A DNA stretch of 64,000 nucleotides from an uncultured Erysipelotrichaceae bacterium (GCA_902764545.1 CACWWC010000001.1:26482-90481); one strand, 5' to 3'. Shown: positions 36,170 to 46,422, numbered from the stretch's first letter. Numbers and translations: made by a program. The notes: generated by a model from the sequence alone, not told the origin.

Positions 36170-39100
36170 ATGAATTTGTTTAAAGATTTTATTGATATAA
36201 GTTTAAAAAAAAACATTTGTCTTATTAATATGACTGATGAATTTTTTTGTGTTTTTTTAAAAAGTGTTAAAGAAAAATATAATTCTGGCATTTTAGTTGT
36301 AGTGGATTCTATATATGATGCTAATAAGATGTATAATATAATGAAAAATTATGAAAATGATGTTTTTTTATTTCCAATGGATGACTTTTTGACAAGTGAG
36401 GCACTAGCAATATCTCCAGATTTAATGATAAAAAGATTGGAGACTATTAATTCAGTTGTTGATAAATGTAATTGCATTATAATAACTAATCTTATGGGCT
36501 ATTTAAGATTTTTGCCGAAAAAAAGTGTGTATATTGAAAATATTATTAATTTAAATGTTGGTGACATTATTGAACCTAAGTCATTGTCAGAAAAATTGTA
36601 TAACTTAGGATATAGTATTGATACTATTGTAAATAAAACTGGAGAGTGCGCAATCAGAGGTTTTGTTATTGATGTTTTTCCAATTGATGAAGAATATCCT
36701 TGTAGAATTGAATTTTTTGATAATGAAATTGAATCAATAAGATTTTTTGATCCTGAAACACAAATGTCTATAAAAAAAATAGAAAATATTTCTATAAAAC
36801 CGTATTCTGAGTTTATTTCAAATAGGGATGTTTTAAGTGAGCACTTTGGTAAACAAAAATTTTTGCAATTGTATGAAGAACCAGTGAATATATCATCTTA
36901 TTTTGACAATGTTATAACATTTTTTAAAGACTATGATTTGTTGGAAAAATCATATGTAAATATTCTAAATGATATTTCAACCTATAAAAATGAAAAAGAT
37001 AGTGATTTTTCTTATGATTATATGTTTAAGTTAAATAGTATTAATGTTGACTTTCCGGTATACTTTTCTTCATTAAATAATTATATCTCTTCTGATAAGT
37101 TTAATGATTTTTTTGATTTTAATATTTCTTCTATTAATAATTTTAATGAAGATGCAAATAGAATCAATGAGTTTATAAATAATTCGATAAATGAAAATAA
37201 AACCGTGATAATATGTCTTAAAAAACACCAAATAAGAAGTTTATTAAAATATTTAAATATGAAAATCTATGAGACGGATTTTTATAACATTAAAATGCAT
37301 TCTGTAAATATAGTGGAAAGTGATAGTCAACAGGGGTTTATATATAATGATTTAATAGTGCTAACTGTGAATGAATTATTTAATATTAAAAGTACAAAAA
37401 AAAGATATTATACTAAATTTAAATATTCATCAACTATTAATGATATAAATAAATTAAATATTGGAGATTACGTGGTTCATAATGTACATGGTATAGGGAG
37501 ATATAATGGAATAAAAACGCTTTGTTTAAATGATGTTGTTAAAGATTATTTAGAAGTTTTATATAAAGGTACAGATAAAATATATATTCCTGTTGAAAAA
37601 ATAGATTTAATTTCTAAATATTCTGCTCGTGATGGAGTAGAACCTAAATTAAATAGGTTGGGTGGAAATGATTGGAATAAAACAAAAAGTAGGGTAAAAG
37701 CAAAAATTAATGATTTAGCTGATAAATTAATGAAGTTATATGCAGAAAGAGAATCAAGGAGGGGTTTTGCTTTTTCGAAGGATTGTGAACTTTCTGCTGA
37801 ATTTGAAAATGCATTTCCTTATGATTTAACTAAAGATCAAAAAACAGCTATTGCTCAGATTAAAGATGATATGGAAAAACCAGTTCCTATGGATAGACTT
37901 TTGTGTGGTGATGTTGGTTTTGGTAAAACTGAAGTCGCTTTTGTTGCTGCTTTTAAGGCTATTTTAGATTCTAAGCAAGTTCTATTATTATGCCCGACAA
38001 CTATTTTGGCTAGTCAGCATTATGAGAATGCTTTATTAAGATTTAAGGACTTTCCAGTAAATATAGCCCTTTTAAATAGATTTACTTCATCAAGTGATGT
38101 AAAAAAAGTATTAAAAGGATTGAAAGATGGAACAATAGATTTTATTATTGGAACGCACAGATTGCTTAGTGATGATATTTATATGAGAGATTTAGGGTTA
38201 CTGATAATAGATGAAGAGCAAAGATTTGGAGTTGTGCACAAAGAAAAAATTAAGCAATATAAAGTAAATGTAGATGTATTAACATTAACTGCAACTCCTA
38301 TTCCTAGAACATTACAAATGTCTTTAGTCGGAATGCGTAGTTTATCTTTAATTACTACTCCACCTGTTAATAGATATCCTGTACAAACCTATGTTATTGA
38401 AGAAAGTTCATCTATATTAAAAGATGCAATTTATAAAGAATTATCACGTAGTGGTCAAGTATATATTTTGTATAATCGTGTTCAATTAATTGATGATTTT
38501 TATAATAAAATTCATAATATTGTTCCTGATGCTAGAATTGCTATTGTTCATGGGCAAATGACCAAGAATCAGTTGGAATCAACATTATATGATTTTATAA
38601 AATATGAGTATGATGTATTAATTTGTACAACTATTATTGAGACTGGAATTGATATACCTAATGTAAATACTTTAATTATAATGGATGCCGATAAATTTGG
38701 TTTAAGTCAGTTGTATCAGATAAGAGGACGAGTTGGTAGAAGTGATAAATTTGCATATGCTTATTTGATGTATCAACCTTTTAAATCCTTAACAGAGAAC
38801 GCTATAAAGAGACTAAATGTTATAAAGCAGTTTACAGAGCTGGGAAGTGGATTTTCGATTGCGACAAGGGACTTATCGATACGTGGAGCAGGTGATATTT
38901 TAGGCAGTGAACAAGCTGGTTTTATAGACAGTGTTGGTATAGACTTATATTTAAAGATGTTAAATGATGAAATAAGGAAGAGAAATAATGATGAAAATGT
39001 TATTGATAATGAAGATGATTCTAAACCTTTGATTAATGTTACTACACATATTTCAGATGATTACGTAGTTGATGATGATTTAAAAATTGAAATTCATAAA

Positions 39101-39484
39101 CTTATCAATACTATTGATAATAAGAATAGATTTAATGGGGTAAAAAAGGAGCTAGAAGATAGGTTTGGTAAATTAAACAATGACATTTTAGTGTATATGT
39201 ATGAAGAATGGTTTGAAAAAATTGCGAAAAAAATTGGACTGGTAAATGTTTTGCAAAATAAAAACTCAATTGAAATGTTGTTTCCAAGATTTTTGGTGGA
39301 AAAGATGAAAATTGATGATATATTTGAGGTTGCTTTTAATATAACACCATCGTTTAGATTTGTTAGTAGAGGTACTAATCTAGTTATAATTTTGGATATT
39401 ATTCATCTAGATAAACATCCAATTTATTATTTGGTTGAATTATTGAATAAAATTAATGATAATTTAAATAACTCTATTGACTAA
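36170..39484 (+). CDS. mfd: Transcription-repair coupling factor Mfd
   Basis: 1104 aa. CarD-like GDYVVHNVHGIGRY, helicase motifs GDVGFGKTEVA, IIDEEQRFG and QLYQIRGRVGRS, and a TRCF C-terminal domain. Confidence 0.95.
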   Translation: MNLFKDFIDISLKKNICLINMTDEFFCVFLKSVKEKYNSGILVVVDSIYDANKMYNIMKNYENDVFLFPMDDFLTSEALAISPDLMIKRLETINSVVDKCNCIIITNLMGYLRFLPKKSVYIENIINLNVGDIIEPKSLSEKLYNLGYSIDTIVNKTGECAIRGFVIDVFPIDEEYPCRIEFFDNEIESIRFFDPETQMSIKKIENISIKPYSEFISNRDVLSEHFGKQKFLQLYEEPVNISSYFDNVITFFKDYDLLEKSYVNILNDISTYKNEKDSDFSYDYMFKLNSINVDFPVYFSSLNNYISSDKFNDFFDFNISSINNFNEDANRINEFINNSINENKTVIICLKKHQIRSLLKYLNMKIYETDFYNIKMHSVNIVESDSQQGFIYNDLIVLTVNELFNIKSTKKRYYTKFKYSSTINDINKLNIGDYVVHNVHGIGRYNGIKTLCLNDVVKDYLEVLYKGTDKIYIPVEKIDLISKYSARDGVEPKLNRLGGNDWNKTKSRVKAKINDLADKLMKLYAERESRRGFAFSKDCELSAEFENAFPYDLTKDQKTAIAQIKDDMEKPVPMDRLLCGDVGFGKTEVAFVAAFKAILDSKQVLLLCPTTILASQHYENALLRFKDFPVNIALLNRFTSSSDVKKVLKGLKDGTIDFIIGTHRLLSDDIYMRDLGLLIIDEEQRFGVVHKEKIKQYKVNVDVLTLTATPIPRTLQMSLVGMRSLSLITTPPVNRYPVQTYVIEESSSILKDAIYKELSRSGQVYILYNRVQLIDDFYNKIHNIVPDARIAIVHGQMTKNQLESTLYDFIKYEYDVLICTTIIETGIDIPNVNTLIIMDADKFGLSQLYQIRGRVGRSDKFAYAYLMYQPFKSLTENAIKRLNVIKQFTELGSGFSIATRDLSIRGAGDILGSEQAGFIDSVGIDLYLKMLNDEIRKRNNDENVIDNEDDSKPLINVTTHISDDYVVDDDLKIEIHKLINTIDNKNRFNGVKKELEDRFGKLNNDILVYMYEEWFEKIAKKIGLVNVLQNKNSIEMLFPRFLVEKMKIDDIFEVAFNITPSFRFVSRGTNLVIILDIIHLDKHPIYYLVELLNKINDNLNNSID

Positions 39485-39527
39485 ATTTCATTTAACTGCT
39501 AAATTGTTAATGCTAGGAGGATATTTG

Positions 39528-40187
39528 ATGATAAGTGAATTTGAAGATATAAAAAAGCAACATGAACAAAGTTATAAAAAAGCATTAGTTGAAATAGTAA
39601 AGAATAATACAGATGTATTGGTAGATGAAGATATAAAAATTTTATTAAAGACACCTCCTCTTGATTCTATGGACTTGATTAAGGCAAAAATGTTGGATTT
39701 AGCAAAGAAGAATAAGTTAATTTTAGATACTAATGAACTTTCTAAAATTCTTAATTGTTACAGAAAGGAAATATTAAAGTGTTCTGCAGAGATTAAAAAA
39801 ATTAGATTGGGATGTTTAATAAAAAAGATAGAACAATATGATTTAAAAAAAAGTAATGACACTATAAAAATTAATAAAAAAGATTTTATTGATATAAATA
39901 AACAAATAAAAAAGGTTGTTAAGAATCAACTTGATATTGCTTATCAAACTAACATTGAAAAAAAGGTTAATAAAGTATTTACAGGTAACATAGATAAAAT
40001 AATAATTGATAATTATCTAATCGATCTTTCTAAATATTTAAATGGAAAATATCAAAAACAATTGATGGAAAGTTTTGATATAAAGGTGCTTGTTAAAGAT
40101 ACAACTTTAATCAACAGTGTAAAGGAACAAGCAGAACGATATTTATTTACTTTACACAATTCTAGACTTTTAAATGACATAAAATAA
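39528..40187 (+). CDS. Hypothetical lysine-rich, predicted helical protein
   Basis: Start re-called at ATG 39528 behind AGGAGG (track start 39477 overlaps mfd). 219 aa, no motif I recognise. Coding is supported only by ORF length, the RBS and codon style. Confidence 0.5.
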   Translation: MISEFEDIKKQHEQSYKKALVEIVKNNTDVLVDEDIKILLKTPPLDSMDLIKAKMLDLAKKNKLILDTNELSKILNCYRKEILKCSAEIKKIRLGCLIKKIEQYDLKKSNDTIKINKKDFIDINKQIKKVVKNQLDIAYQTNIEKKVNKVFTGNIDKIIIDNYLIDLSKYLNGKYQKQLMESFDIKVLVKDTTLINSVKEQAERYLFTLHNSRLLNDIK

Positions 40188-40225
40188 TCTCTTGATTAAA
40201 ATAGCATAGTGTGATAATATATGAA

Positions 40226-40448
40226 CATGTTAAATGTGATGACGAAGAGCGATATATTAATAATTTCTTAGAGAGCTCTGATGGTGAAAATGAGTAAATT
40301 TGTATATATTTGTATGGCTTCTGAACTTCTATATTGATATGTAAGTATAGACGTACGCAGGCGTTAACTGTTTAAAGTGCATAATTTAATTATTATGAAT
40401 TAAGGTGGTACCGCGAGCTAATCGTCCTTATTTTATAATAATTTTTTT
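40226..40448 (+). promoter_or_regulatory. T-box riboswitch leader (Met specifier) controlling metG
   Basis: T-box sequence AAGGTGGTACCGCG at 40402-40415. Stem I elements tgatgacgaagag and AGAGA (40270-40274). Candidate specifier AUG at 40290-40292 followed by a purine. Upstream extended -10 tgtgataat. T-run before the metG SD. Confidence 0.8.
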
Positions 40449-40463
40449 TTGGAGGGAATTAAA

Positions 40464-41996
40464 ATGAATAAGAAAAAATACTATATAAGTACTGCAATTG
40501 CTTATACTTCTGGTAAACCACATATTGGTAATACTTATGAGGTGGTTTTGGCCGATGCTATTGCAAGATTTAAAAGATTACAAGGTTATGATGTATATTT
40601 TCAAACTGGAACGGATGAGCATGGTGAAAAAATTGAATTAAAAGCTAAAGAAGCTGGAATTTTACCAAAGGAATTTGTTGATGAAAAAGCAAAAGAAATA
40701 AAAAGAATATGGGATATTATGAATACAAGTTATGATCGCTTTGTAAGAACAACAGATTCAAATCATGAAAAGGTAGTTCAACATATTTTTAAATATATGT
40801 ATGATAAAGGTGATATTTATAAAGGAGAATATAAGGGACATTATTGTACGCCTTGCGAGTCTTTTTGGACTGAATCACAATTGATTGATGGTAAGTGTCC
40901 TGATTGTGGTAGAAGTGTTGAAGAAAAGTGTGAAGAAGCTTATTTCTTTAAATTGAGTAAATATCAGGATCAACTAGAAAAATACATTGATACACATCCT
41001 CAGTTTATTCAACCTGTTTCTAGAAAAAATGAAATGATTAATAATTTTATTAAACCAGGGTTACAAGATTTGTGTGTTTCAAGAACTTCTTTTAAATGGG
41101 GAATTCCTGTTGATTTTGATTCTAATCATGTTGTTTATGTATGGCTTGATGCACTTACAAATTATATTACTAATATTGGTTATGATGTGGAGGAAAGTAC
41201 AGAAGAATTTGATTATCGTTGGCCTGCAGATTTACACTTAATTGGTAAAGATATTATTAGATTTCATACGATATATTGGCCTTGCTTTCTGATGAGTTTA
41301 AATTTACCTTTACCGAAACAAGTTTTTGGGCATCCTTGGCTTATTATGAGTGATGGTAAGATGAGCAAATCTCGTGGTAATGTGATATTTGCTGATGATC
41401 TTGTTGAAGAGTTTGGTGTAGATGCGGTAAGATATTACTTTTTACATGAGATTCCTTTCTCTAGTGATGGAGTTTTCACTAAAGATTTATTAGTTGAGAG
41501 GATAAACGGTGATTTGGCTAATATTCTTGGAAATTTAGTACAGAGGACCATTTCAATGGGAAATAAGTATTTTAATGGAGTAATTACTAATTCGAATGAG
41601 ATAGAAGATATGGATACGGATTTTATTAATAAAATTAATAATTTATATAATGATGTTACTTTAAAAATGGATGAGTTACAAATAAGTGATGCAATTAGTG
41701 TTATTTTTGATTTATTAAGAGCAAGTAATAAGTATATTGATGAAACTACACCTTGGGTTCTTGCAAAAGATGAAAAGAGATTGAAAAGACTTCAGACTGT
41801 TATATATAATTTAGTAGAATCTATAAGAGTTTCGGCGGTTTTCTTAAATCCATTTTTGCCTGATACAAGTGACTCAATATTAAATCAATTAAATATTAAT
41901 GATAAATCTTTTGCTTTTAACAAAAATAATATATATAATCTCAATAAACCTGAACCTTTATTTATGAGAATTGATTTAAATAAAAAGAAGGATTAA
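40464..41996 (+). CDS. metG: Methionine--tRNA ligase (short form)
   Basis: Start ATG 40464 behind GGAGGG. Class I motifs PHIGN (HIGH) and KMSKS, and a Zn knuckle CTPCE...CPDCG. Confidence 0.95.
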   Translation: MNKKKYYISTAIAYTSGKPHIGNTYEVVLADAIARFKRLQGYDVYFQTGTDEHGEKIELKAKEAGILPKEFVDEKAKEIKRIWDIMNTSYDRFVRTTDSNHEKVVQHIFKYMYDKGDIYKGEYKGHYCTPCESFWTESQLIDGKCPDCGRSVEEKCEEAYFFKLSKYQDQLEKYIDTHPQFIQPVSRKNEMINNFIKPGLQDLCVSRTSFKWGIPVDFDSNHVVYVWLDALTNYITNIGYDVEESTEEFDYRWPADLHLIGKDIIRFHTIYWPCFLMSLNLPLPKQVFGHPWLIMSDGKMSKSRGNVIFADDLVEEFGVDAVRYYFLHEIPFSSDGVFTKDLLVERINGDLANILGNLVQRTISMGNKYFNGVITNSNEIEDMDTDFINKINNLYNDVTLKMDELQISDAISVIFDLLRASNKYIDETTPWVLAKDEKRLKRLQTVIYNLVESIRVSAVFLNPFLPDTSDSILNQLNINDKSFAFNKNNIYNLNKPEPLFMRIDLNKKKD

Positions 41997-42035
41997 TCTT
42001 TCTTTTTTGTTATAATTATGTGCAGAGGTGATTTT

Positions 42036-42791
42036 ATGTATATTGATACACATTGTCATTTATCTATTAATGATTATGATAATATAGATACAGTTATTAA
42101 TGATAATCATTTAGCTGGAATTGAAAAGATAGTTATATCGGGATGTACAAAAGATGATATTAATGAATCTTTAGATTATGGTTTTAAGTATTCTGACGTT
42201 TATGTAACGATTGGCTATCATCCCAGTGAGGCAATGACTACGTCAGAAAAAGAGTTGTCTGAGTTAAAAAAACAGATATTAAATAATAAAGTTGTTGGAA
42301 TTGGTGAAATTGGCTTGGATTATCATTATGGTAAAGATGATATTAATGAGCAAAAAAAATTATTTAGAGACCAATTGGAGATAGCAAGAGATAATAATTT
42401 GCCTGTTGTAATACATTCAAGAGATGCGACCTTTGATACGATTCAGATATTAAAGGAATTTCCTACAGTATTTGGTGTTATTCACTGCTTTAATGGAAGT
42501 TTAGAAACAGCTAAGGAGTATATATCGATGGGGTTTAAATTGGGAATTGGTGGAGTTGTCACCTTTAAAAATAGCAAGCTTTATAAGGTAATTGAAAAGA
42601 TAGGTTTAGACAGTATTGTGTTTGAGACGGATAGTCCTTATCTTACACCTGAACCATTTAGAGGTAAAAAGAATAGTTCTAAATATATTCCATATATATC
42701 TCACAAAGTTGCTGAGATATTGAATATATCTGAATATGAGGTAAGCTCAAAAGTACTATCAAATACTTATGAGGTATTTGACTTGGATTAA
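42036..42791 (+). CDS. tatD: TatD-family metal-dependent hydrolase (YabD)
   Basis: Start ATG 42036 (MYIDTHCHL). Motifs GEIGLDYH, VVIHSRDA, IHCF and ETDSPYL. Confidence 0.9.
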   Translation: MYIDTHCHLSINDYDNIDTVINDNHLAGIEKIVISGCTKDDINESLDYGFKYSDVYVTIGYHPSEAMTTSEKELSELKKQILNNKVVGIGEIGLDYHYGKDDINEQKKLFRDQLEIARDNNLPVVIHSRDATFDTIQILKEFPTVFGVIHCFNGSLETAKEYISMGFKLGIGGVVTFKNSKLYKVIEKIGLDSIVFETDSPYLTPEPFRGKKNSSKYIPYISHKVAEILNISEYEVSSKVLSNTYEVFDLD

Positions 42792-42829
42792 TTTTTGTGA
42801 TATCTTATAAACAATAATAGGATGGTGAT

Positions 42830-43417
42830 TTGGTGATTAAATCAAAATCTATTAAAAATAATATTTTATTTTTATTAATTATCGTTATAGTGATTGTTTT
42901 ATTAATTATAGCTGGATTTTTATATTATTTACGTACAAAAGAAGGTACTGCTATTAATGAAAATAATGTTGTTTTATATAGTAATATAGAGAATATAACA
43001 TTAAAAAGTGGATTATCTTCTTCTGATAAGTTTGGCAAATCATTTTCTAAAAATACTAATTCTAGTTTTGGATATTTAGATTTTGAAATTGTTAATGTCT
43101 GTGATACAGCTCAAAATTACCAAATTTTTGTTAAAAAAAATTATATTGAGCAAAACGAAATAAATTCTAATTACATAAAATTTTATCTTACGGATCAAGA
43201 TGATTATCCTATAGGCGAATTTGATAGTAATATTGTGCCTTCTTTTAATAAATTAAAATATATTGAGAATAAGCCGTCCAGTAAGCTTTTATATAGTGGA
43301 AAGTTAGATTCTTATCAAAATAAAAGAATGAGGTTAAGAGTTTGGATTGCTGAAAATTATGTTAGCACTGATGATGATAAAGTTTTTTCTTTTGATATTG
43401 GTGTTAGAGCAGTGTAG
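42830..43417 (+). CDS. Membrane-anchored or secreted protein, paralog A of the SipW-linked pair
   Basis: 195 aa, TTG/GTG start behind GGATGGTGA. Basic N-terminus plus one hydrophobic helix (ILFLLIIVIVIVLLIIAGFLYYL), then a Ser/Asn/Lys-rich ectodomain. Shares YQIFVKK, IKFYL, RLRVWI and a terminal FSFDIGVRAV with the next gene. Confidence 0.6.
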   Translation: MVIKSKSIKNNILFLLIIVIVIVLLIIAGFLYYLRTKEGTAINENNVVLYSNIENITLKSGLSSSDKFGKSFSKNTNSSFGYLDFEIVNVCDTAQNYQIFVKKNYIEQNEINSNYIKFYLTDQDDYPIGEFDSNIVPSFNKLKYIENKPSSKLLYSGKLDSYQNKRMRLRVWIAENYVSTDDDKVFSFDIGVRAV

Positions 43418-43425
43418 GTGTTTTT

Positions 43426-44028
43426 ATGAAGAATGAAAAGGTTGATGAAAAGTTGTCAAAAAAGTTTATTGTATTGATATGTGTAATTTGTTTGATGTTA
43501 TTATGCTTTTTTCTTGTGTGTATTATAGTTAATGTTAATACAAAACCAAAAGAGATTTTGAAAGAAAAAAATGGCGGTTATGTAACTTTAAATTATTCAT
43601 CTAATAATAATGTATTGATTAATAACAATCCTGTGCCATTAACAAATGATGTTGGTATAAAGTTAAATACCGAAGGTACCTTTTTTGATTTTACTGTTAA
43701 TGCTGATTTAAAGAGCGCAAAAAAAGTTAAATATGAAATATCTGTGAAGAAGAGTAATGATAGTCAAGTATCTGATAATGATATTATTGTTTATTTGGAA
43801 AAAGAAGATAGTGGAATGTATAATAGTTTTTTAAAACCTACAAAGTATAAACCATTAAAAAGTGATTCAAATGTAGGTACAAAAAAAGGAACTATGATTT
43901 TGGTGAGTGATGTTGTTACTAAATCAAGAGCTGATAATTATAGACTTAGAACTTGGATTTCTAATACAGGTTCTAACACAAATTCTTCATACTCTTTAGA
44001 AGTTAATGTAAAGGCTGTTGTTATGTAG
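43426..44028 (+). CDS. Membrane-anchored or secreted protein, paralog B of the SipW-linked pair
   Basis: 200 aa. Basic N-terminus plus a hydrophobic helix (FIVLICVICLMLLCFFLVCIIV). Motifs YEISVKK, IIVYL, RLRTWI and terminal YSLEVNVKAVV parallel paralog A. Confidence 0.6.
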   Translation: MKNEKVDEKLSKKFIVLICVICLMLLCFFLVCIIVNVNTKPKEILKEKNGGYVTLNYSSNNNVLINNNPVPLTNDVGIKLNTEGTFFDFTVNADLKSAKKVKYEISVKKSNDSQVSDNDIIVYLEKEDSGMYNSFLKPTKYKPLKSDSNVGTKKGTMILVSDVVTKSRADNYRLRTWISNTGSNTNSSYSLEVNVKAVVM

Positions 44029-44030
44029 TA

Positions 44031-44061
44031 AAAAAGAAGTGTCAAGTTTACTTCTTTTTTT
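44031..44061 (+). terminator. Rho-independent terminator after paralog B
   Basis: aaaaagaagt (44031-44040) / acttcttttt (44050-44059) with a 9-nt loop, running into a T-run. Confidence 0.6.
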
Positions 44062-44125
44062 ATTATTTATATAGTTTTTTAAAAATTCTAATAATATAAT
44101 GAATATAAAAGTAGGAGAGAGTAAA

Positions 44126-44737
44126 ATGGTTTTAGTTAACAATAATTTATTTGAAAAAGTTAAATATATTTTTTTATTTGTTTTAAGAGCTTTTTTAATT
44201 TCTATGATTTGCTTTTGTGTTTTCTTAGGTTTAGTTTTCTTGCTGTATTTTGGAGATTTAATTTATAATGTAAAATCTGGAAATTATAAAAATCCATTGT
44301 TAAATGGATATATCATTGTTTCACAAAGTATGATACCTACTATAAAAATAAATGATGCTATAGTTGTTAAAAGAGATAACTATAATAGGTACAATGTTGG
44401 TGATATTATTAGTTTTTTTTCTACAGAATATGAAAAAAGTGGTATAATTGTCACACATAGAATCATTAATAAAAATACTGATAATAGTGAGAAAAAGCAA
44501 TTGTATCAAACAAAAGGAGATAATAATACTATTGCTGATAGAGAACTTGTTTCTGCTGACAATATTTATGGTAAGGTAATGTTTATCATTCCAAAACTCG
44601 GTTATTTACAACGCTTTTTGTCAAAACCGATTAATTTAATTTGTTTTATTATTGTTCCTTCATTTGCTATAATACTTTTAAACTTTTTTAAGATTGGATA
44701 TTTATTTGATAAACATTCCAAAGTAGATTATTCTTAA
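44126..44737 (+). CDS. sipW: Signal peptidase I, SipW (ER/archaeal) type
   Basis: Likely start ATG 44126 behind AGGAGAGAG (track start 44099). Catalytic-Ser box VSQSMIPTI, His box IVTHRII and TKGDNN, plus N- and C-terminal TM segments. This is the pattern of Ser-His SipW-type peptidases rather than Ser-Lys LepB type. Confidence 0.8.
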   Translation: MVLVNNNLFEKVKYIFLFVLRAFLISMICFCVFLGLVFLLYFGDLIYNVKSGNYKNPLLNGYIIVSQSMIPTIKINDAIVVKRDNYNRYNVGDIISFFSTEYEKSGIIVTHRIINKNTDNSEKKQLYQTKGDNNTIADRELVSADNIYGKVMFIIPKLGYLQRFLSKPINLICFIIVPSFAIILLNFFKIGYLFDKHSKVDYS

Positions 44738-44793
44738 TCTTCTCTTTTTTTTTCCCTTAATATAGATTATAATAGAAGTCGTTTGGTGATTTT

Positions 44794-45594
44794 ATGGAAA
44801 AATATGAAGTAAATTTTAAAAAAAAGTATGGTCAGAATTTTTTGAAAGATTTGAATATAGTTAAAAGAATTGTAAATTTATGTGATATTGATAATGATTC
44901 TCTTGTTATTGAAGTTGGTCCTGGAGGAGGAGTTTTAACAAGGGAATTGGCATTGGTTTCAAAAAATGTACTAGCTTATGAAATTGATACTGATCTTTCG
45001 GATGAACTTTATAAGAGACTTTCTGCTTTTGATAATGTAGATATTATTTTTCAGGATTTTTTGAAATCAGATATTAGTAAGGATATTGAAAACTATAGCT
45101 TTAATAAAATTTTTTTTATAAGTAACGTTCCATATTATATTACTACTCCAATTATATTTAAACTAATAAAGAGTAATATTTGTTTTGACAAAGTTGTTAT
45201 GATGGTACAAAAAGAGGTTGGAGATAGGTTTACGGCTTCTGTTGGAAGTAGGGATTATGGTTCAATTACAGTTTTGTTAAATTATTTTTATGTTATAAAA
45301 AAAGAATTTTTTGTTTCAAAGGGGAACTTTATTCCTCAACCTAAGGTTGATAGTGTTATTATTTCTTTTCAAAATAATGTTTGTAGACCAAAACTTTATA
45401 ATTTTGATTTTTTTGAAAGAATTGTTAGGGATAGCTTTCAGTTTAAAAGAAAAACTATAAAAAATAACTTAAAAAAGTATGACTTAAATATTATACAATC
45501 GGTTTTAAATGAGTATGGTTTTGATCTTAATGTTAGAGCAGAAATGTTAGATGTGGAAGTGTTTATAAAAATTAGTAATTTATTATGGAAGTAA
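44794..45594 (+). CDS. rsmA: 16S rRNA (adenine1518/1519-N6)-dimethyltransferase RsmA/KsgA
   Basis: 266 aa; KKKYGQNFLKD, EVGPGGGVLT, SNVPYYITTPI. Confidence 0.95.
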   Translation: MEKYEVNFKKKYGQNFLKDLNIVKRIVNLCDIDNDSLVIEVGPGGGVLTRELALVSKNVLAYEIDTDLSDELYKRLSAFDNVDIIFQDFLKSDISKDIENYSFNKIFFISNVPYYITTPIIFKLIKSNICFDKVVMMVQKEVGDRFTASVGSRDYGSITVLLNYFYVIKKEFFVSKGNFIPQPKVDSVIISFQNNVCRPKLYNFDFFERIVRDSFQFKRKTIKNNLKKYDLNIIQSVLNEYGFDLNVRAEMLDVEVFIKISNLLWK

Positions 45595-45645
45595 TAATTC
45601 TAATTTTTTTTTTGGTACATATATATTTATGGGAGCTGACTGATT

Positions 45646-46422
45646 ATGAAATTTAAAATAGGTGATGTAGTAACTAGGAAGTCTCATAATAATGATATTG
45701 TATTTAAAATTATTTCTATTTCTGAGGATAAGGTTTATCTAAAAGGAATTGATGTGCGACTGTATGCTGATGCATATATTGATGACTTGGTTCAGTCAAA
45801 AGAAATACATGATGATGAATCAATAATAGAAGAAAATCTAAGAAATTTAAATATTAATCGTGATAATTATTTTTATCTTCCTGGAAAAATACTTCATATT
45901 GATGGTGATAATGAATATTTGGATAGATGTATGAATTTTTACAAAAGCTTGGGTATAAAGGCTAATGGTTTGACAATAAAAGAAGATAATATTAAAAAGA
46001 GGATTTTATCCTTGTTAAATGATTATAAGCCTGATATTTTGGTCATAACTGGTCATGATGCTTTTTATTCAAAAAATGGAGATAAATCTAATTCTAATAA
46101 TTATCAAAATTCTTCTAATTTTATTGACGCTATAAAGGAGTCAAGAAAATATGAGCATAATCAAGATAAACTGATAATTATTGCTGGAGCTTGTCAATCA
46201 AATTATGAAGCTTTAATAAAAGCTGGTGCAAACTTTGCATCAAGTCCAAAACGAATTAATATTCATGCACTCGATCCTGCTATAATCGCTTCTTCAATTG
46301 CATTTTCTGATAAAAATCAGAGTATTGATCTTTTAAAAATGATTGAAAAGACGAAATATGGAAGTGATGGTATTGGTGGTATTATTACTAATGGTACTAT
46401 GTATGTGGGGTTTCCAAGATGA
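45646..46422 (+). CDS. yabG: Sporulation-specific protease YabG (peptidase U57)
   Basis: 258 aa. FKIGDVVTRKS, PGKILHIDGDNEYL, DILVITGHDA, IIAGACQSNYEALIKAGANFASSPKRINIHALDP closely parallel B. subtilis YabG (from memory). Confidence 0.85.
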   Translation: MKFKIGDVVTRKSHNNDIVFKIISISEDKVYLKGIDVRLYADAYIDDLVQSKEIHDDESIIEENLRNLNINRDNYFYLPGKILHIDGDNEYLDRCMNFYKSLGIKANGLTIKEDNIKKRILSLLNDYKPDILVITGHDAFYSKNGDKSNSNNYQNSSNFIDAIKESRKYEHNQDKLIIIAGACQSNYEALIKAGANFASSPKRINIHALDPAIIASSIAFSDKNQSIDLLKMIEKTKYGSDGIGGIITNGTMYVGFPR

